Numbered from the stretch's first letter, positions 17,940-28,560 are shown. The stretch is DNA of 64,000 nucleotides from Candidatus Binatia bacterium (GCA_022824615.1 JAJDZM010000093.1:654-64653), one strand, 5' to 3'. Notes: generated by a model from the sequence alone, not told the origin. Made by a program: numbers and translations.

Positions 17940-18562
17940 GGCAGCTCTTCCCCCGGCATCTCATCGACCCAGATGACTGTGGCATTGCTCGTCGGCTCGT
18001 TCCAGACCAGGACGGTCGAGGTCGCGGAGAGAGATTCGATCTGCGCCTGATTGTTGAGGGCTACTCTCACTGGCTTCTTGGTAGCCGGGATCTGCACGGC
18101 TCCTCTCGAAGTTGGAAGTTGAGTGGAGACAGCCGCGGTGAAGAGAAAGAGTCCCACAGCCGTTGCCCACGCCGGAACATGCCACGAAAAGGGGGCGTGC
18201 CACTGCATACGCCAGAGTCGAAAACGACTCGCCCACTGACTCGTCAGAGATACAGGTTGGGCTGCTACTCCCTGTTCAATCCGCGGCCAGAAATCCGAGA
18301 AATCAACACGAGCGACTTCCTCGTCGAGGGTCTGACTCAGCGTCTCGTGCGTGCGTTCGAGCAGTTGCAGCCGGTGGGCGCACTCCGGGCAGTCGGCGAT
18401 CTGAGAAGTGGCTTCGTCACGCCGAGCCTCGTCAAGCTCGTTGTCATACACAAGAGAAATGAGTTGTGAGGGGTGAGAACAACTCGCCATATGCTGCGCT
18501 ATCCTGATTAACGAGCTTCCCACCTGATGGTGCGGGGAAAGGCGGGAGGCGGTGTCTGACAA
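17936..18562 (-). CDS. membrane anti-sigma factor with N-terminal zinc-finger (ChrR/RsrA-like)
   Basis: C..HP...LISLVYDNELDE...CPECAHRL zinc-binding anti-sigma motif and a single TM. Alternative start at 18490 (MASCSHP...). Confidence 0.6.
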   Translation of the reverse strand: MSDTASRLSPHHQVGSSLIRIAQHMASCSHPSQLISLVYDNELDEARRDEATSQIADCPECAHRLQLLERTHETLSQTLDEEVARVDFSDFWPRIEQGVAAQPVSLTSQWASRFRLWRMQWHAPFSWHVPAWATAVGLFLFTAAVSTQLPTSRGAVQIPATKKPVRVALNNQAQIESLSATSTVLVWNEPTSNATVIWVDEMPGEELP

Positions 18563-18592
18563 GAGAGACGAATCATAGGTCGGAAGTCTTGG

Positions 18593-19165
18593 TTAGAGGT
18601 CGTGTCCTAGACGTTTCTGCAGCTTTTTTCTTGCATAGTGCAAGCGGCTCATCACCGTTCCCCTGGAACACTGCAACACCTGACTGATCTCTTCGTAGGA
18701 CAGCCCTTCGACTGCCCGTAGTAATATGACCGCTTTATGAGCGGGCGTCAACTCGTCAATAGCGGCCCGAATATGCTGTCCACGTTCGCGCTCGGCAACG
18801 AGATCTGAAGGATCAAGGCCGTGCGTATCTGGAATACTCTCAACCCAATCGTCATCGTCATCTCCCCTTGACGGATGTCGCTCGAACATTGAGCGTCGGC
18901 TACGCTGGCGCTGGCGGTCAATAGATAGATTTACAATGATTCGATACAGCCAGGTGTAAAAACTGGACTCTTCTTTAAACTTGCTGATACTCGTAAAAAC
19001 CTTGGTGAACGCTTCTTGGGCGACCTCAAGGGCATCCTCACGGTCGTGGAGCATTCCCAGCGCAATTGCCACCGCCTTTCGCTGATACCGCTCAACCAGT
19101 TCTTGAAACGCCTGACGGTCATCCTGCTTGCAGCGCCGGACGAGTTCCCAATCGCTTACTGCCAC
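18593..19165 (-). CDS. ECF-family RNA polymerase sigma-70 factor
   Basis: Sigma-70 region 2 (FTKVFTSISKFKEESSFYTWLYRIIVNLSIDRQR) and region 4 HTH (LSYEEISQVLQCSRGTVMSRLHYARKKL). Confidence 0.85.
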   Translation of the reverse strand: MAVSDWELVRRCKQDDRQAFQELVERYQRKAVAIALGMLHDREDALEVAQEAFTKVFTSISKFKEESSFYTWLYRIIVNLSIDRQRQRSRRSMFERHPSRGDDDDDWVESIPDTHGLDPSDLVAERERGQHIRAAIDELTPAHKAVILLRAVEGLSYEEISQVLQCSRGTVMSRLHYARKKLQKRLGHDL

Positions 19166-19474
19166 CGTTTTCCAGCATCCTTAGGATAAGACGTGAAAGG
19201 AGACATGACTATTCAGCACACAACCGCAGAAAATATGAGGACCTGCTCCAGGTCATAGTATCGAGCCCACCCCTTTCCTAACAGACCCTCACTCGTTAGG
19301 AAGAAAAAATGAAAAGGGCGTGAATGTCACCGGAGTTTTCCCGTCCAACAGCGGAAAGTGCAGCCCCCGTGCCCTTGGTCAACTTGACAAGAGGGGAAAC
19401 CCGTCTTAAAGATTCCTGCCAAAAGTGGATTTTTATCATCCCGTGTATTATCCATTCTCAGGCGTAACAAGACC

Positions 19475-20221
19475 ATGATAGAAGTACAAAATCTTACTAA
19501 GCGCTACGGTGACTTGACCGCGGTGTCTGACATCTCCTTCCAGGCTGAGTCAGGTCAGATCCTCGGCTTTCTCGGACCGAACGGTTCTGGGAAAACCACG
19601 ACCATGCGCATTATTACGGGCTTTATGCCGGCAACAGCGGGAACCGTCAAAGTCGCGGGATTCGATATCTTTGATGAGTCCTTTGAGGCCCGCAAACGGA
19701 TCGGGTATCTCCCGGAATCCCCACCGCTCTATAACGATATGACGGTCACCGCGTATCTGCGTTTTGTCGCCCGTATTAAAGGTATGGCACGCGCAGATAT
19801 CCCGGACGCCCTGGACCATGTGTTGGCGCGCTGTGGCCTGACTGACGTCGCCTATCGGGTCACCGGTTATCTTTCAAAAGGCTATCGACAGCGGGTGGGC
19901 CTGGCTCAAGCGATTATCCATAATCCAAGTGTTCTCATTCTGGATGAGCCAACGGTCGGCCTCGACCCGCAGCAGATTATTGGCATCCGATCCTTGATTA
20001 AGGAGCTTGCCGGCGAGCATACCGTTATCCTGTCTACGCATATCCTGCCCGAAGTCGCTCAGGTGTGTGAGAAAGTCGTCATTATTAATGCCGGAAAAGT
20101 CGTGGCCGAAGATATGCTGGCGAATCTTGCCCAAGACCAGACGCTCGAAGACGTATTTCTCAAAGCCATTGCACAGGAAGAGCCGGGAGCGGCAGAAACG
20201 GTGGAGGAGGCCGCGGAATGA
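19475..20221 (+). CDS. ABC transporter ATP-binding protein (ABC-2 / GldA-like)
   Basis: Walker A GPNGSGKTT, signature LSKGYRQRV, Walker B ILDEPTVGLD. Confidence 0.85.
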   Translation: MIEVQNLTKRYGDLTAVSDISFQAESGQILGFLGPNGSGKTTTMRIITGFMPATAGTVKVAGFDIFDESFEARKRIGYLPESPPLYNDMTVTAYLRFVARIKGMARADIPDALDHVLARCGLTDVAYRVTGYLSKGYRQRVGLAQAIIHNPSVLILDEPTVGLDPQQIIGIRSLIKELAGEHTVILSTHILPEVAQVCEKVVIINAGKVVAEDMLANLAQDQTLEDVFLKAIAQEEPGAAETVEEAAE

Positions 20222-20988
20222 GAAATGTATTCACCATCGTTCGCAAAGAGCTGCGGGCATACTTTGTCTCGCCCATTGCCTATGTCGTCCTGACCGGATT
20301 TCTCTTGTTGGGTGGGTGGTTTTTCTTTAACCTGCTCTCCCGCTTTAATGTGCTGCTCAGTATTTACACCCAACTCCAGCAGGGAGCGGAAGACCAGCTG
20401 AATCTGAACGAGTTTGTTATTGCCCCGCTGATGCATAATCTGTCCATTGTGCTGGTCATTCTCGTTCCCATGATCACGATGCGCGCCTATGCAGAAGAAA
20501 AAAAAGGTGGCACCTACGAACTCCTCCTGACCTCTCCGCTCCGCACGGGCGAGATTGTGTTGGGCAAATTCCTGGCCTCGTTTCTGTTTATTTGCATCAT
20601 GCTTGGCCTGACCGGAGTATACCCGGCAGTGCTGATTGCGTTTGGCAATCCGGAGATTGGAGTCCTGCTGGCCGGCTATCTGGGCTTGTTATTATTGGCG
20701 ACTTCCTTTGTCGCCGTCGGACTCCTCACCTCGTCGTTTACCGAAAACCAGATCATAGCCGCAGTGAGCGGGCTGGTGGCCACTCTGCTGCTGTATATTA
20801 TCGGCTGGCCAGCCGATACCGCCGGTGAGGTGCTCGGACCTCTCTTGCGCTATTTATCCGTCACCGAGCACTTTGCCGAAATGGTCAACGGTCTCATCGA
20901 CACCCAAGATTTGGTGTACTTCGCCAGTCTGATCCTGCTGTCCCTGTTTTTGACCCAGCGTTCGGTTGAATCGCTGCGCTGGAGGTAG
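20218..20988 (+). CDS. ABC-2 family transporter permease
   Basis: Six predicted TM segments. 4-nt overlap with the upstream ATPase gene. Confidence 0.75.
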   Translation: MRNVFTIVRKELRAYFVSPIAYVVLTGFLLLGGWFFFNLLSRFNVLLSIYTQLQQGAEDQLNLNEFVIAPLMHNLSIVLVILVPMITMRAYAEEKKGGTYELLLTSPLRTGEIVLGKFLASFLFICIMLGLTGVYPAVLIAFGNPEIGVLLAGYLGLLLLATSFVAVGLLTSSFTENQIIAAVSGLVATLLLYIIGWPADTAGEVLGPLLRYLSVTEHFAEMVNGLIDTQDLVYFASLILLSLFLTQRSVESLRWR

Positions 20989-20992
20989 TGCT

Positions 20993-22543
20993 ATGGCGCG
21001 TCTTGGTTCGTTTTACGGGGTGGTCGGGGTCATTCTGTTGCTGTTTGCCGGAGTGGCCTATTTTCTGACTCGCCATTTTTCCGCCTATGTTCTGGTGCAC
21101 ACGTTGGCCGGCCTCGTTGCCGTGATTGGTGCACTCGTCTCGTCCAGAGGGTCGGTCAGAACCTTTCTTGGTGAGCGCTCGACCAAATACGGGGCCAGCG
21201 CCGCGGTCTATTCTCTGCTCTTTATCGGCATCCTTATCCTGGTGAATTATCTGTCCACCCGCCACCATCACCGTTTCGACTTGACCGAGGCCAATGTCTA
21301 TAGTCTTTCCCCGCAGTCAGAGGGCGTTCTGCGCCAATTGGATAAAAAGCTTGAAATTGACGCCTTTGTCCAAGCCGGTTCGGACCCACAGTTGCGCGAA
21401 CTGCTGAGCAGCTATGGGTATGAGTCGGATAAAATTTCCTCGCGGATCATCGACCCTGACCAGCGACCGGACTTGGCCGAGCGATTCCAGGTCACCACGA
21501 TTCCAACCATTGTGTTGCGCTATGGGGACCAGACCAATCTCATTAACAAGACAACAGAAGAAGACCTGACCAACGGCATCATCAAAATCTCCCGTCCCGA
21601 CAAGAAAACCGTTTACTTTCTCGAAGGGCATGGCGAGCCCAGCAGCCAGGATCTCCAGGAAGCCGGGAGTTATGGGCAACTCAGGACTGCACTTGAAAAC
21701 GAGGGCTATACCGTCAACACGCTGGTCCTTGCGCCGGATACGTCCGTGCCGGAAGAGGCTAATCTGCTGATCGTTGCCGGGGCACAGCGTTCCCTCCTGG
21801 AGCATGAGACCCGGTTGATCGATACCTATTTGAAAAAGGCCGGGGCCGCCCTCTTCTTACTCAACCCGCGGGCAACGCCGGAATTGGTTCCGTACCTGGC
21901 CCAGTGGGGGATTCAGGTCGGTAACGATGTCATCGTCGATGAACAACTCCAGCTGTTGCGCGGTCGGACGTTTACCCTCACTCCCTTGGCCCAGACCTAT
22001 GGGGAACATCCGATCACGACGGACCTGAGCCGTCGCGGCTCGGCGGCGCTGACGACCTACGGCATTTCCCGCTCGGTTGAAGCGGACGCCAACGGCCGGT
22101 CTGGAATTACCTCGGTCAGCTTGGTCAAGACCGGGCCGAACGCCTGGGCGGAAACCGACCTTGAGGAGGTATTCCAAAACCAAAGCGTGCGACTCGACGA
22201 TCATGATCGTCAAGGCCCTATCTCGCTGGCTACTGCAGTCACAGCGGATCTGAAAGAAATAGGTGAGGAGCTTACGGATACCGCCCGGATGGTGGTCTTT
22301 GGCAATGCCGGTTTTGCCAACAATCAGTTTCTCGGTCAGTATTTTAACCGAGACCTGTTGCTGAACACCGTGAGCTGGCTGGTCGGGGAAGAAGAGCTGA
22401 TCTCCATCCGCCCCCGGACGATTCGCGCTTCACGTGTTCAACTCACTGCCGACCAAGGAACGACGGTCTTTTATCTGTCCGTCCTGATTCTGCCCGAGAT
22501 ACTGCTCATTGCCGGGCTCGCCACGTGGTGGCGACGGCGATAA
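20993..22543 (+). CDS. ABC-transporter auxiliary component (GldG-like)
   Basis: N- and C-terminal TM anchors with a large periplasmic domain. Conserved position after the ABC-2 permease. Alternative start 20966. Confidence 0.65.
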   Translation: MARLGSFYGVVGVILLLFAGVAYFLTRHFSAYVLVHTLAGLVAVIGALVSSRGSVRTFLGERSTKYGASAAVYSLLFIGILILVNYLSTRHHHRFDLTEANVYSLSPQSEGVLRQLDKKLEIDAFVQAGSDPQLRELLSSYGYESDKISSRIIDPDQRPDLAERFQVTTIPTIVLRYGDQTNLINKTTEEDLTNGIIKISRPDKKTVYFLEGHGEPSSQDLQEAGSYGQLRTALENEGYTVNTLVLAPDTSVPEEANLLIVAGAQRSLLEHETRLIDTYLKKAGAALFLLNPRATPELVPYLAQWGIQVGNDVIVDEQLQLLRGRTFTLTPLAQTYGEHPITTDLSRRGSAALTTYGISRSVEADANGRSGITSVSLVKTGPNAWAETDLEEVFQNQSVRLDDHDRQGPISLATAVTADLKEIGEELTDTARMVVFGNAGFANNQFLGQYFNRDLLLNTVSWLVGEEELISIRPRTIRASRVQLTADQGTTVFYLSVLILPEILLIAGLATWWRRR

Positions 22544-22565
22544 CCGGCCTGTCTCTCCGCTAGTT

Positions 22566-24002
22566 ATGAGTGTACCACGAACTATTCTCATGCTGGTCGT
22601 CCTCCTGGGTCTGGGGGCGTATGTCTATTTTGTTGAGCTACCAAAAGCCAAACAGGAGGCCGAAAAACCGACGATTTTGACGTTCGAGAAGGAGGCGGTG
22701 GATACGCTGACCCTGATCTATCCCGAGCGAGAAATCCGCCTGCAACAGACCGCAGCGGGGGAGTGGGACATTACGGCTCCTATCCAGGCGAAAGCCGACG
22801 ATACTGCGGTCAATAATATGCTGACCACCATAGTAGACGAAGAGGTCACTCGCAGTCTGACCCCCGAAGAGCCGGTCGATCTCGCCCTGTACGGCCTGGC
22901 TCAGCCGCTCGTCGTTCTGCGTATTGCTCTGCAGGACAGCACGACACTGCCAAAAGTGTCGATTGGCAAAGACACGCCAGTGGGGTTTTCCGCCTATGTT
23001 CAGAAAGAAGGTGACCCACAGCTCCACCTCACCCGCCAGGCGTTTCGTTTGGGGCTCACCAAAGAAGTCAAGGAACTGCGAGACAAAACGGTGCTACCGT
23101 TTGAGAGAGACAGCGTCACCCGGATAGCCATCAACACCGCCGAGACAAGCATTGTTTTGGGCAAGACGGATGATGGTTGGACGTTTGAAAACCGTACTTC
23201 ACACGCGGTCGATACGACCGCCGTCCAAACCTACCTCTCGACCCTGGAAGGTATGCGGGCGGAAGACTTCGTTGAGCAACCGTTGCTCGACCTGTCAGCC
23301 TTTGGCCTTGACCCGGCTCAACTGACCGTTTCGCTCCACCTTGGGGAAGACGCAAAACGGACGCTATCGGTTGGAGACGAGAAAAGCGTGGAGGCCGGGA
23401 CAACGCAACGCTACCTCAAGCGCGCCGACGGAGAAACGCTTTACCTTGTGCGTACCGGTCTGCTGAAAGATCTGAGTAAGTCAGTCACCGATTTTCGAGA
23501 TAAGAGCGTTATTAGCATACCGGAAGGGAAAATTACCCAAGTCGTGGTGACGCGCGAGGGGAGAGAGGGGTTTACGCTCTCACGAGGGGAAGAGAACACG
23601 TGGGAAATTGATAGAAAATCTGAAGGGACGCTCAAGACGGCAACCCTCAGCCAATTTGTGGCTGACCTGCGAGAACTACGCGGATTCGAAATTGCCGCGG
23701 ACAACCCGGAAGACTTGAGTCTGTATGGACTCGATAGTCCCGCTCTCACTCTTGTCGCAACAGATGAGGCGGGCGGAAAACTCGCGACCGTCTTTCTCGG
23801 TCAGACAACCCACGAGGAAACGGAAAAGCACTTTGCCATGCAGGAGGGGGGGGAGACCGTCTTTACCCTGCGGGATTATGTTTTTTCCCGGTTCGATAAG
23901 AATCCGAAAGATTTCTGGGAGAAGTCGGAACCGGAAGAGGAGAGCGCAGACGCCTCAGAGCATGGGGAAGAGGCGGACGTTCAAGAAGAAGTGCTGGAAT
24001 GA
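22566..24002 (+). CDS. DUF4340-domain protein (usual partner of GldG-like genes)
   Basis: N-terminal TM, repeated beta-rich modules, acidic C-terminal tail. Follows the GldG-like gene with a short gap as typically observed. Confidence 0.55.
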   Translation: MSVPRTILMLVVLLGLGAYVYFVELPKAKQEAEKPTILTFEKEAVDTLTLIYPEREIRLQQTAAGEWDITAPIQAKADDTAVNNMLTTIVDEEVTRSLTPEEPVDLALYGLAQPLVVLRIALQDSTTLPKVSIGKDTPVGFSAYVQKEGDPQLHLTRQAFRLGLTKEVKELRDKTVLPFERDSVTRIAINTAETSIVLGKTDDGWTFENRTSHAVDTTAVQTYLSTLEGMRAEDFVEQPLLDLSAFGLDPAQLTVSLHLGEDAKRTLSVGDEKSVEAGTTQRYLKRADGETLYLVRTGLLKDLSKSVTDFRDKSVISIPEGKITQVVVTREGREGFTLSRGEENTWEIDRKSEGTLKTATLSQFVADLRELRGFEIAADNPEDLSLYGLDSPALTLVATDEAGGKLATVFLGQTTHEETEKHFAMQEGGETVFTLRDYVFSRFDKNPKDFWEKSEPEEESADASEHGEEADVQEEVLE

Positions 24003-24068
24003 GCAATCGTTCTCACAAGTAAGGGGTGGCTCACATCCATGAGCAACCCCCTCATCCGTAGCAGACCG

Positions 24069-24779
24069 CTAGTTTTCAATCACCACCTCAACCCGGCGAT
24101 TTTGAGCTCGTCCCGCTGAGTTATCCGACCCATCGGGATTAGTATTGGGTGCAACCGGATACCGTTCGCCGTAGCCCGTTGTTGTCACCCGGGCCTGGTC
24201 GACCCCCGATGTCGTCAAGGCACCGGCGACACTGGCTGCTCGTCTTTCAGACAAGAGTTGGTTTGCTTCTTCGCTGCCAATAGCGTCGGTATGCCCTTCA
24301 ATTGAGACCCGTCGTCCCTGAGCCTGATTATTCAGCACATCAGCAATGCCCTGGACTCGACCCTGCGCATCACCGGTCAGATCAGACCGTCCGAATTCAA
24401 ACAGGACATCTGGAAGATTGACCACCACACCGCGCTCAGTCTCCCGTGCCTCAAGATTGCGCCGCTTGAGTTCTTCAAGCAGTTGGCGGTTGCGTGCTAT
24501 CTCTTGGCGTTGCCGCTCAATTTGCTGCTGGTTCGCCGCGAGTTCAGTATCGCGTTTCTGAAATCGATCACCGGCGACTGCGCCAGTGACACCCCCCAGC
24601 GCCCCACCAATGGCAGCCCCGGCCCCCGGATTTCCCACAGCAGCACCAATAATCGCACCGGTGGCGGCCCCGAGACCCGCACCTCCCAGCGTAGCCTTCT
24701 CTCGAGTCGACAAGGGCTGTGAGCAGCCGACCACAAAGACCAGCATGCACGGCAGCAGAGGAAGGACAATCTTTCTCAT
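24069..24779 (-). CDS. OmpA-family lipoprotein with N-terminal glycine-zipper
   Basis: Lipobox VVGCSQ. Gly-zipper GGAGLGAATGAIIGAAVG. OmpA C-like domain (RVSIEGHTDAIGSEEANQLLSERRAASV). Start set to ATG 24779 (MRKIV...). Confidence 0.8.
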   Translation of the reverse strand: MRKIVLPLLPCMLVFVVGCSQPLSTREKATLGGAGLGAATGAIIGAAVGNPGAGAAIGGALGGVTGAVAGDRFQKRDTELAANQQQIERQRQEIARNRQLLEELKRRNLEARETERGVVVNLPDVLFEFGRSDLTGDAQGRVQGIADVLNNQAQGRRVSIEGHTDAIGSEEANQLLSERRAASVAGALTTSGVDQARVTTTGYGERYPVAPNTNPDGSDNSAGRAQNRRVEVVIEN

Positions 24780-24798
24780 AGCTAACACTTTCTCCGGT

Positions 24799-25143
24799 TT
24801 AGTATTCTTGTTGCCGTTTGAGTTCTTCGAGTTCCTGCCGCTGCTGCTCAAGCTCCCGCCGTTGCTGCTCAAGCTGAAGCTGCTGGTTCTGCTGCTGAGT
24901 TTCTTGATTCTGCATTTTGTCGCCAACGACTGCGCCGGTGACGCCTCCCAGCGCCCCACCAATGGCGGCTCCAGCCCCAGGACTCCCCACGACAGCCCCG
25001 ATAATTGCGCCAGTTGCGGCCCCGAGTCCTGCGCCCCCCAGTGTGCTTTTCTCTCGGGTTGAGAGGGGTTGAGAGCAGGCGCTCACAAGAAACGCTGTCA
25101 GCACCAGGACACCACCCCATCGGATTCCGCTTTTCGTGTACAT
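24799..25143 (-). CDS. glycine-zipper lipoprotein with Q/E-rich coiled-coil tail, paralogue of the N-terminus of 24069-24779
   Basis: Lipobox LVSACSQ, then PLSTREKSTLGGAGLGAATGAIIGAVVGSPGAGAAIGGALGGVTGAVVGD, almost identical to the neighbour. Confidence 0.6.
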   Translation of the reverse strand: MYTKSGIRWGGVLVLTAFLVSACSQPLSTREKSTLGGAGLGAATGAIIGAVVGSPGAGAAIGGALGGVTGAVVGDKMQNQETQQQNQQLQLEQQRRELEQQRQELEELKRQQEY

Positions 25144-25345
25144 CTCTGACCTCCCAGACTACGATCTTCTCTTTTGCTTTCTCTGAAGACCGGAACAAAT
25201 CCTTACCTTTTCCACCTTAATCGGCCCCTGGTATTGGGTCAATATCACAAGGGGAAGTTGCATGGGATTCGGCAGCAGGACGCCAAAACGTGGCCCATCC
25301 CACCCCGTGCTAATAGATAGAAAGGGATCAATCACTGAGTAGCAG

Positions 25346-28300
25346 TCAGGCCGACTCGCGCTGCACCCCAACCGTCAGATTCGCGCCATCAATCTCTACA
25401 CTCTGGACCTGGTCTCCACTTGGCTGGCGATGTACCAGGGCGTGGGCGAGGGTCTCTTGTTGGATATAGGTTTTGTGTTGCGTAATGGCATCATGTAAGC
25501 GCCCATCCGCTTCATAGGTTACTGCAATACGGTCTTCTACCTGATAGCCGGCTTCCTTGCGGAGCTGTTGAATATAATGCACAACCTCACGTGCCAACCC
25601 TTCCGCTATCAGGCTGTCGTTCAGCTCGCACGGAAAATCGATAGAGATAAATCGGTCCGAACGGACATCCGGCAACCCTTCGCGAGCGTGGCGCAGGATC
25701 TGAATCTCCTCGGGCTGGAAGGCGTCCCCATTAAGTTGAATCGAGTCTCCCGCCTCAAGTATGAGCATCTGATCGATAGTCAGATCAGTAATTCGTTTGC
25801 GAATTTGAACAAAGAATTTTCCAAAGCGAGGGCCGAGGACCTGCGCGTTCGGCTTTGCGCTGAGCGTGACTTTCTCAGCTTCCGCTGTGCTGTAGGCGAC
25901 CTCTTTGACGTTCAATTCTTCCTGTATATAGCCTTCCAAGGGACGTAGCTCATCAAGAATCGCTTGTTGACGATGGAGGACCGTCAGCGTTTGGAGCGGG
26001 ATGCGGACTTTGACCTTCCGTTCGTTCCGTAAACTCCGCCCCAGCAAGATCACCCGCTGCATCCGAGCCACGGCATCTTCGAGCCGAGTGTCCACCTGGC
26101 TTTCATCGTAATCGGGGAACGGTTCGAGATGCACACTCTCTTCTGTCCCAGCCTCTTGGAGCGTGACCAGATTGGTATAAATGGCGTCTGCCAGAAACGG
26201 CGTAAACGGGGCCATGAGCTTGGAAAATGTCAGCAGGACATCGTACAGGGCCTGATAGGCGAACTGCTTGTCAGCCACATCGTCCTCACTCCAAAAACGA
26301 CGCCGGTTGAGACGGACATACCAATTGGTCAACTCGTTGAGAAAATCCAGCAGCGCGGGGACCACGTTATACAGCCGATACTGCTCCATCTCGGTACTGA
26401 CCCGGCGAATGAGGGTCTGTTTGCGAGAAAGGATCCAGCGATCCAGAATATTCGGTGAGGGCTCCTCCAGCGCGTGTGACGGGCGCCACTCGTCAACCAA
26501 GGCATACGTGACAAAGAATTTATAGGCGTTCCACCAGGGCAGGAGCAGGCGGCGGACCGTATCCCGCACGCCGCGCTCACTAAAGCGGAGTTCCTCGGCC
26601 CGGACCAGGGGCGAGTTGATCAGATAGAGGCGCAGGGCATCGGCCCCATGCTCGCCCAGAATCTCTTCGGGCTCAGGATAGTTCTTGAGCCGTTTGCTCA
26701 TCTTCTTGCCGTCTTCGGCCAGCACCATCCCGTTGACAACAACGTTGTGGAAAGCCGGCTTGTCAAACAGTGCGGCAGCAACGACCACCAGGGTGTAAAA
26801 CCAGCCTCGGGTCTGGTCCAGCCCTTCGGCAACAAAGTCTGCGGGAAACACCCGTGAGAACTGTTCTGCGTTCTCAAATGGATAGTGAATTTGCGCGTAG
26901 GGCATCGAACCGCTCTCGAACCAGCAGTCGAACACCTGCGGCACCCGCCGCATGACGCCGGTCCCGGTTGAATCGGGAAACGTCAGTTCATCGACAAATT
27001 CACGGTGGAGGTCGTCCACCCGCGTGCCGGTCCGCTTGGCGAGTTCATCAATGCTGCCCAGACACACGACTTCGGAGCCGGTCTCGTTTTTCCAAATCGG
27101 CAGCGGCGTCCCCCAGTACCGATTGCGGCTAATCGCCCAGTCGCGCGCGTTCTCCAGCCAGTTGCCAAAGCGCCCGTCTCGCAGATGATCCGGGACCCAG
27201 GTCGTTAGCTGATTATTTTTCACCAGTCGCTCACGAAAGGCTTCAACCCGGACAAACCAGGTCGTGACGGCCTTATAGATAAGTGGGGTCTCGCTGCGCC
27301 AACAGAAGGGATAACTGTGCTGGATCGTGCCCTGGTGAACGAGTTGTTTTGCCTGCTTGAGCTGCTGAATGATTTTGGGGTCGGCTTCCTTGACGTGCAG
27401 GCCCGCAAAATCCCTGACGACCGGGGTAAACCGGCCGTCATCATCGACCGGATTTACCAAGGGAATGCCCGCCTTTTGGCAGGCATAAAAATCCTCTTCC
27501 CCAAAGGCCGGGGCCATATGAACGATGCCGGTCCCGTCTTCGGTGGTCACATGCTCGGACTCGATGACCCGAAAGGCGCCGGCCTCCTTCTGATCGACAA
27601 AATAGGGAAACAGCGGGGTAAACGTCCGGCCGGTGAGGTCCTTGCCCCGATAGCGGGCCTCAATGGTGTAGCTGTCTTCTTTGGGGAAGTAGGTCTTGAG
27701 CCGGGCCTCGGCCATAATATAGCCGACCTTATCCGCGTGGTCGCGGACCTTCACATAGTCTATGTCAGAGCCGACGGCTAAGGCCAGATTCGACGGCAGG
27801 GTCCAGGGCGTGGTGGTCCAGGCAATAAAAAAGACCTGCTCTTCGCCTTCGGCGGCAAAGCGAACCGTGATGGCCGGGTCTTGAACATCTTTATAGTTCA
27901 AGTTGGCTTCAAAATTTGACAGCACTGTTCCCAGCCGGGTGGAAAACGGCAGGACCTTATAGCCTTCATAGACCAAATCCTGGTCCCACATCTGCTGGAA
28001 GACCCACCACACGGTCTCCATAAAGGAGGCGTCCATGGTCCGATAGTCATTCCGGAAATCGACCCAGCGGCCCATCCGCCGCACCGTTTTTTCCCACTCC
28101 TGAGTGTAGCGCAGAACAATCTTCCGGCATTCATTATTGAAATTGGCAATTCCGAATTTTTCGATCTCGGCTTTGCCACTCACCCCGAGAGCCTGTTCGA
28201 TTTCCATCTCGACCGGCAGACCGTGACAGTCCCAGCCAAATCGACGGTCCACATACCGCCCGCGCATGGTCCAAAAACGGGGGATAATATCTTTAATCGT

Positions 28301-28483
28301 CCCAGCCAATAAATGTCCGTAGTGCGGCAATCCAGTCGCAAAGGGTGGGCCGTCATAGAAAATAAAGGGCGGTTGCGCCTGGGTTTTGGCCAAGGTCTTC
28401 TTGAAAATATCGTGTCTGTCCCACGCCTGTAGCACTGCCAGTTCGACCTCGGCCAGCTTCACATTTTCCGCAACCGGTTTCAT
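25346..28483 (-). CDS. ileS: isoleucine--tRNA ligase
   Basis: HIGH motif (PHYGHLLAG), KMSKRL, 1045 aa class I synthetase with editing domain. Confidence 0.95.
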   Translation of the reverse strand: MKPVAENVKLAEVELAVLQAWDRHDIFKKTLAKTQAQPPFIFYDGPPFATGLPHYGHLLAGTIKDIIPRFWTMRGRYVDRRFGWDCHGLPVEMEIEQALGVSGKAEIEKFGIANFNNECRKIVLRYTQEWEKTVRRMGRWVDFRNDYRTMDASFMETVWWVFQQMWDQDLVYEGYKVLPFSTRLGTVLSNFEANLNYKDVQDPAITVRFAAEGEEQVFFIAWTTTPWTLPSNLALAVGSDIDYVKVRDHADKVGYIMAEARLKTYFPKEDSYTIEARYRGKDLTGRTFTPLFPYFVDQKEAGAFRVIESEHVTTEDGTGIVHMAPAFGEEDFYACQKAGIPLVNPVDDDGRFTPVVRDFAGLHVKEADPKIIQQLKQAKQLVHQGTIQHSYPFCWRSETPLIYKAVTTWFVRVEAFRERLVKNNQLTTWVPDHLRDGRFGNWLENARDWAISRNRYWGTPLPIWKNETGSEVVCLGSIDELAKRTGTRVDDLHREFVDELTFPDSTGTGVMRRVPQVFDCWFESGSMPYAQIHYPFENAEQFSRVFPADFVAEGLDQTRGWFYTLVVVAAALFDKPAFHNVVVNGMVLAEDGKKMSKRLKNYPEPEEILGEHGADALRLYLINSPLVRAEELRFSERGVRDTVRRLLLPWWNAYKFFVTYALVDEWRPSHALEEPSPNILDRWILSRKQTLIRRVSTEMEQYRLYNVVPALLDFLNELTNWYVRLNRRRFWSEDDVADKQFAYQALYDVLLTFSKLMAPFTPFLADAIYTNLVTLQEAGTEESVHLEPFPDYDESQVDTRLEDAVARMQRVILLGRSLRNERKVKVRIPLQTLTVLHRQQAILDELRPLEGYIQEELNVKEVAYSTAEAEKVTLSAKPNAQVLGPRFGKFFVQIRKRITDLTIDQMLILEAGDSIQLNGDAFQPEEIQILRHAREGLPDVRSDRFISIDFPCELNDSLIAEGLAREVVHYIQQLRKEAGYQVEDRIAVTYEADGRLHDAITQHKTYIQQETLAHALVHRQPSGDQVQSVEIDGANLTVGVQRESA

Positions 28484-28560
28484 CGCGTCGTATTCCTCGC
28501 CCGAAGAGTAGATTTGTCGTCTAGGCTACCGATTGGGCTATCTTTTTGCTAGAGGGCATA

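Noticed and set aside
19166-19474. ECF-type (GGAAC-N16-CGTC-like) autoregulated promoter upstream of the sigma factor gene
   Set aside because: A CGTCTTA-like motif and a TTCCTAAC/GTTAGGAA hairpin are present, but I could not place a convincing -35 element at the right spacing. Left uncalled.
24586-25062. Plus-strand 158-aa ORF across the two lipoprotein genes
   Set aside because: It is antisense to two clearly supported lipoprotein genes. Its product is a Pro/Ala-rich then Leu-rich low-complexity string.
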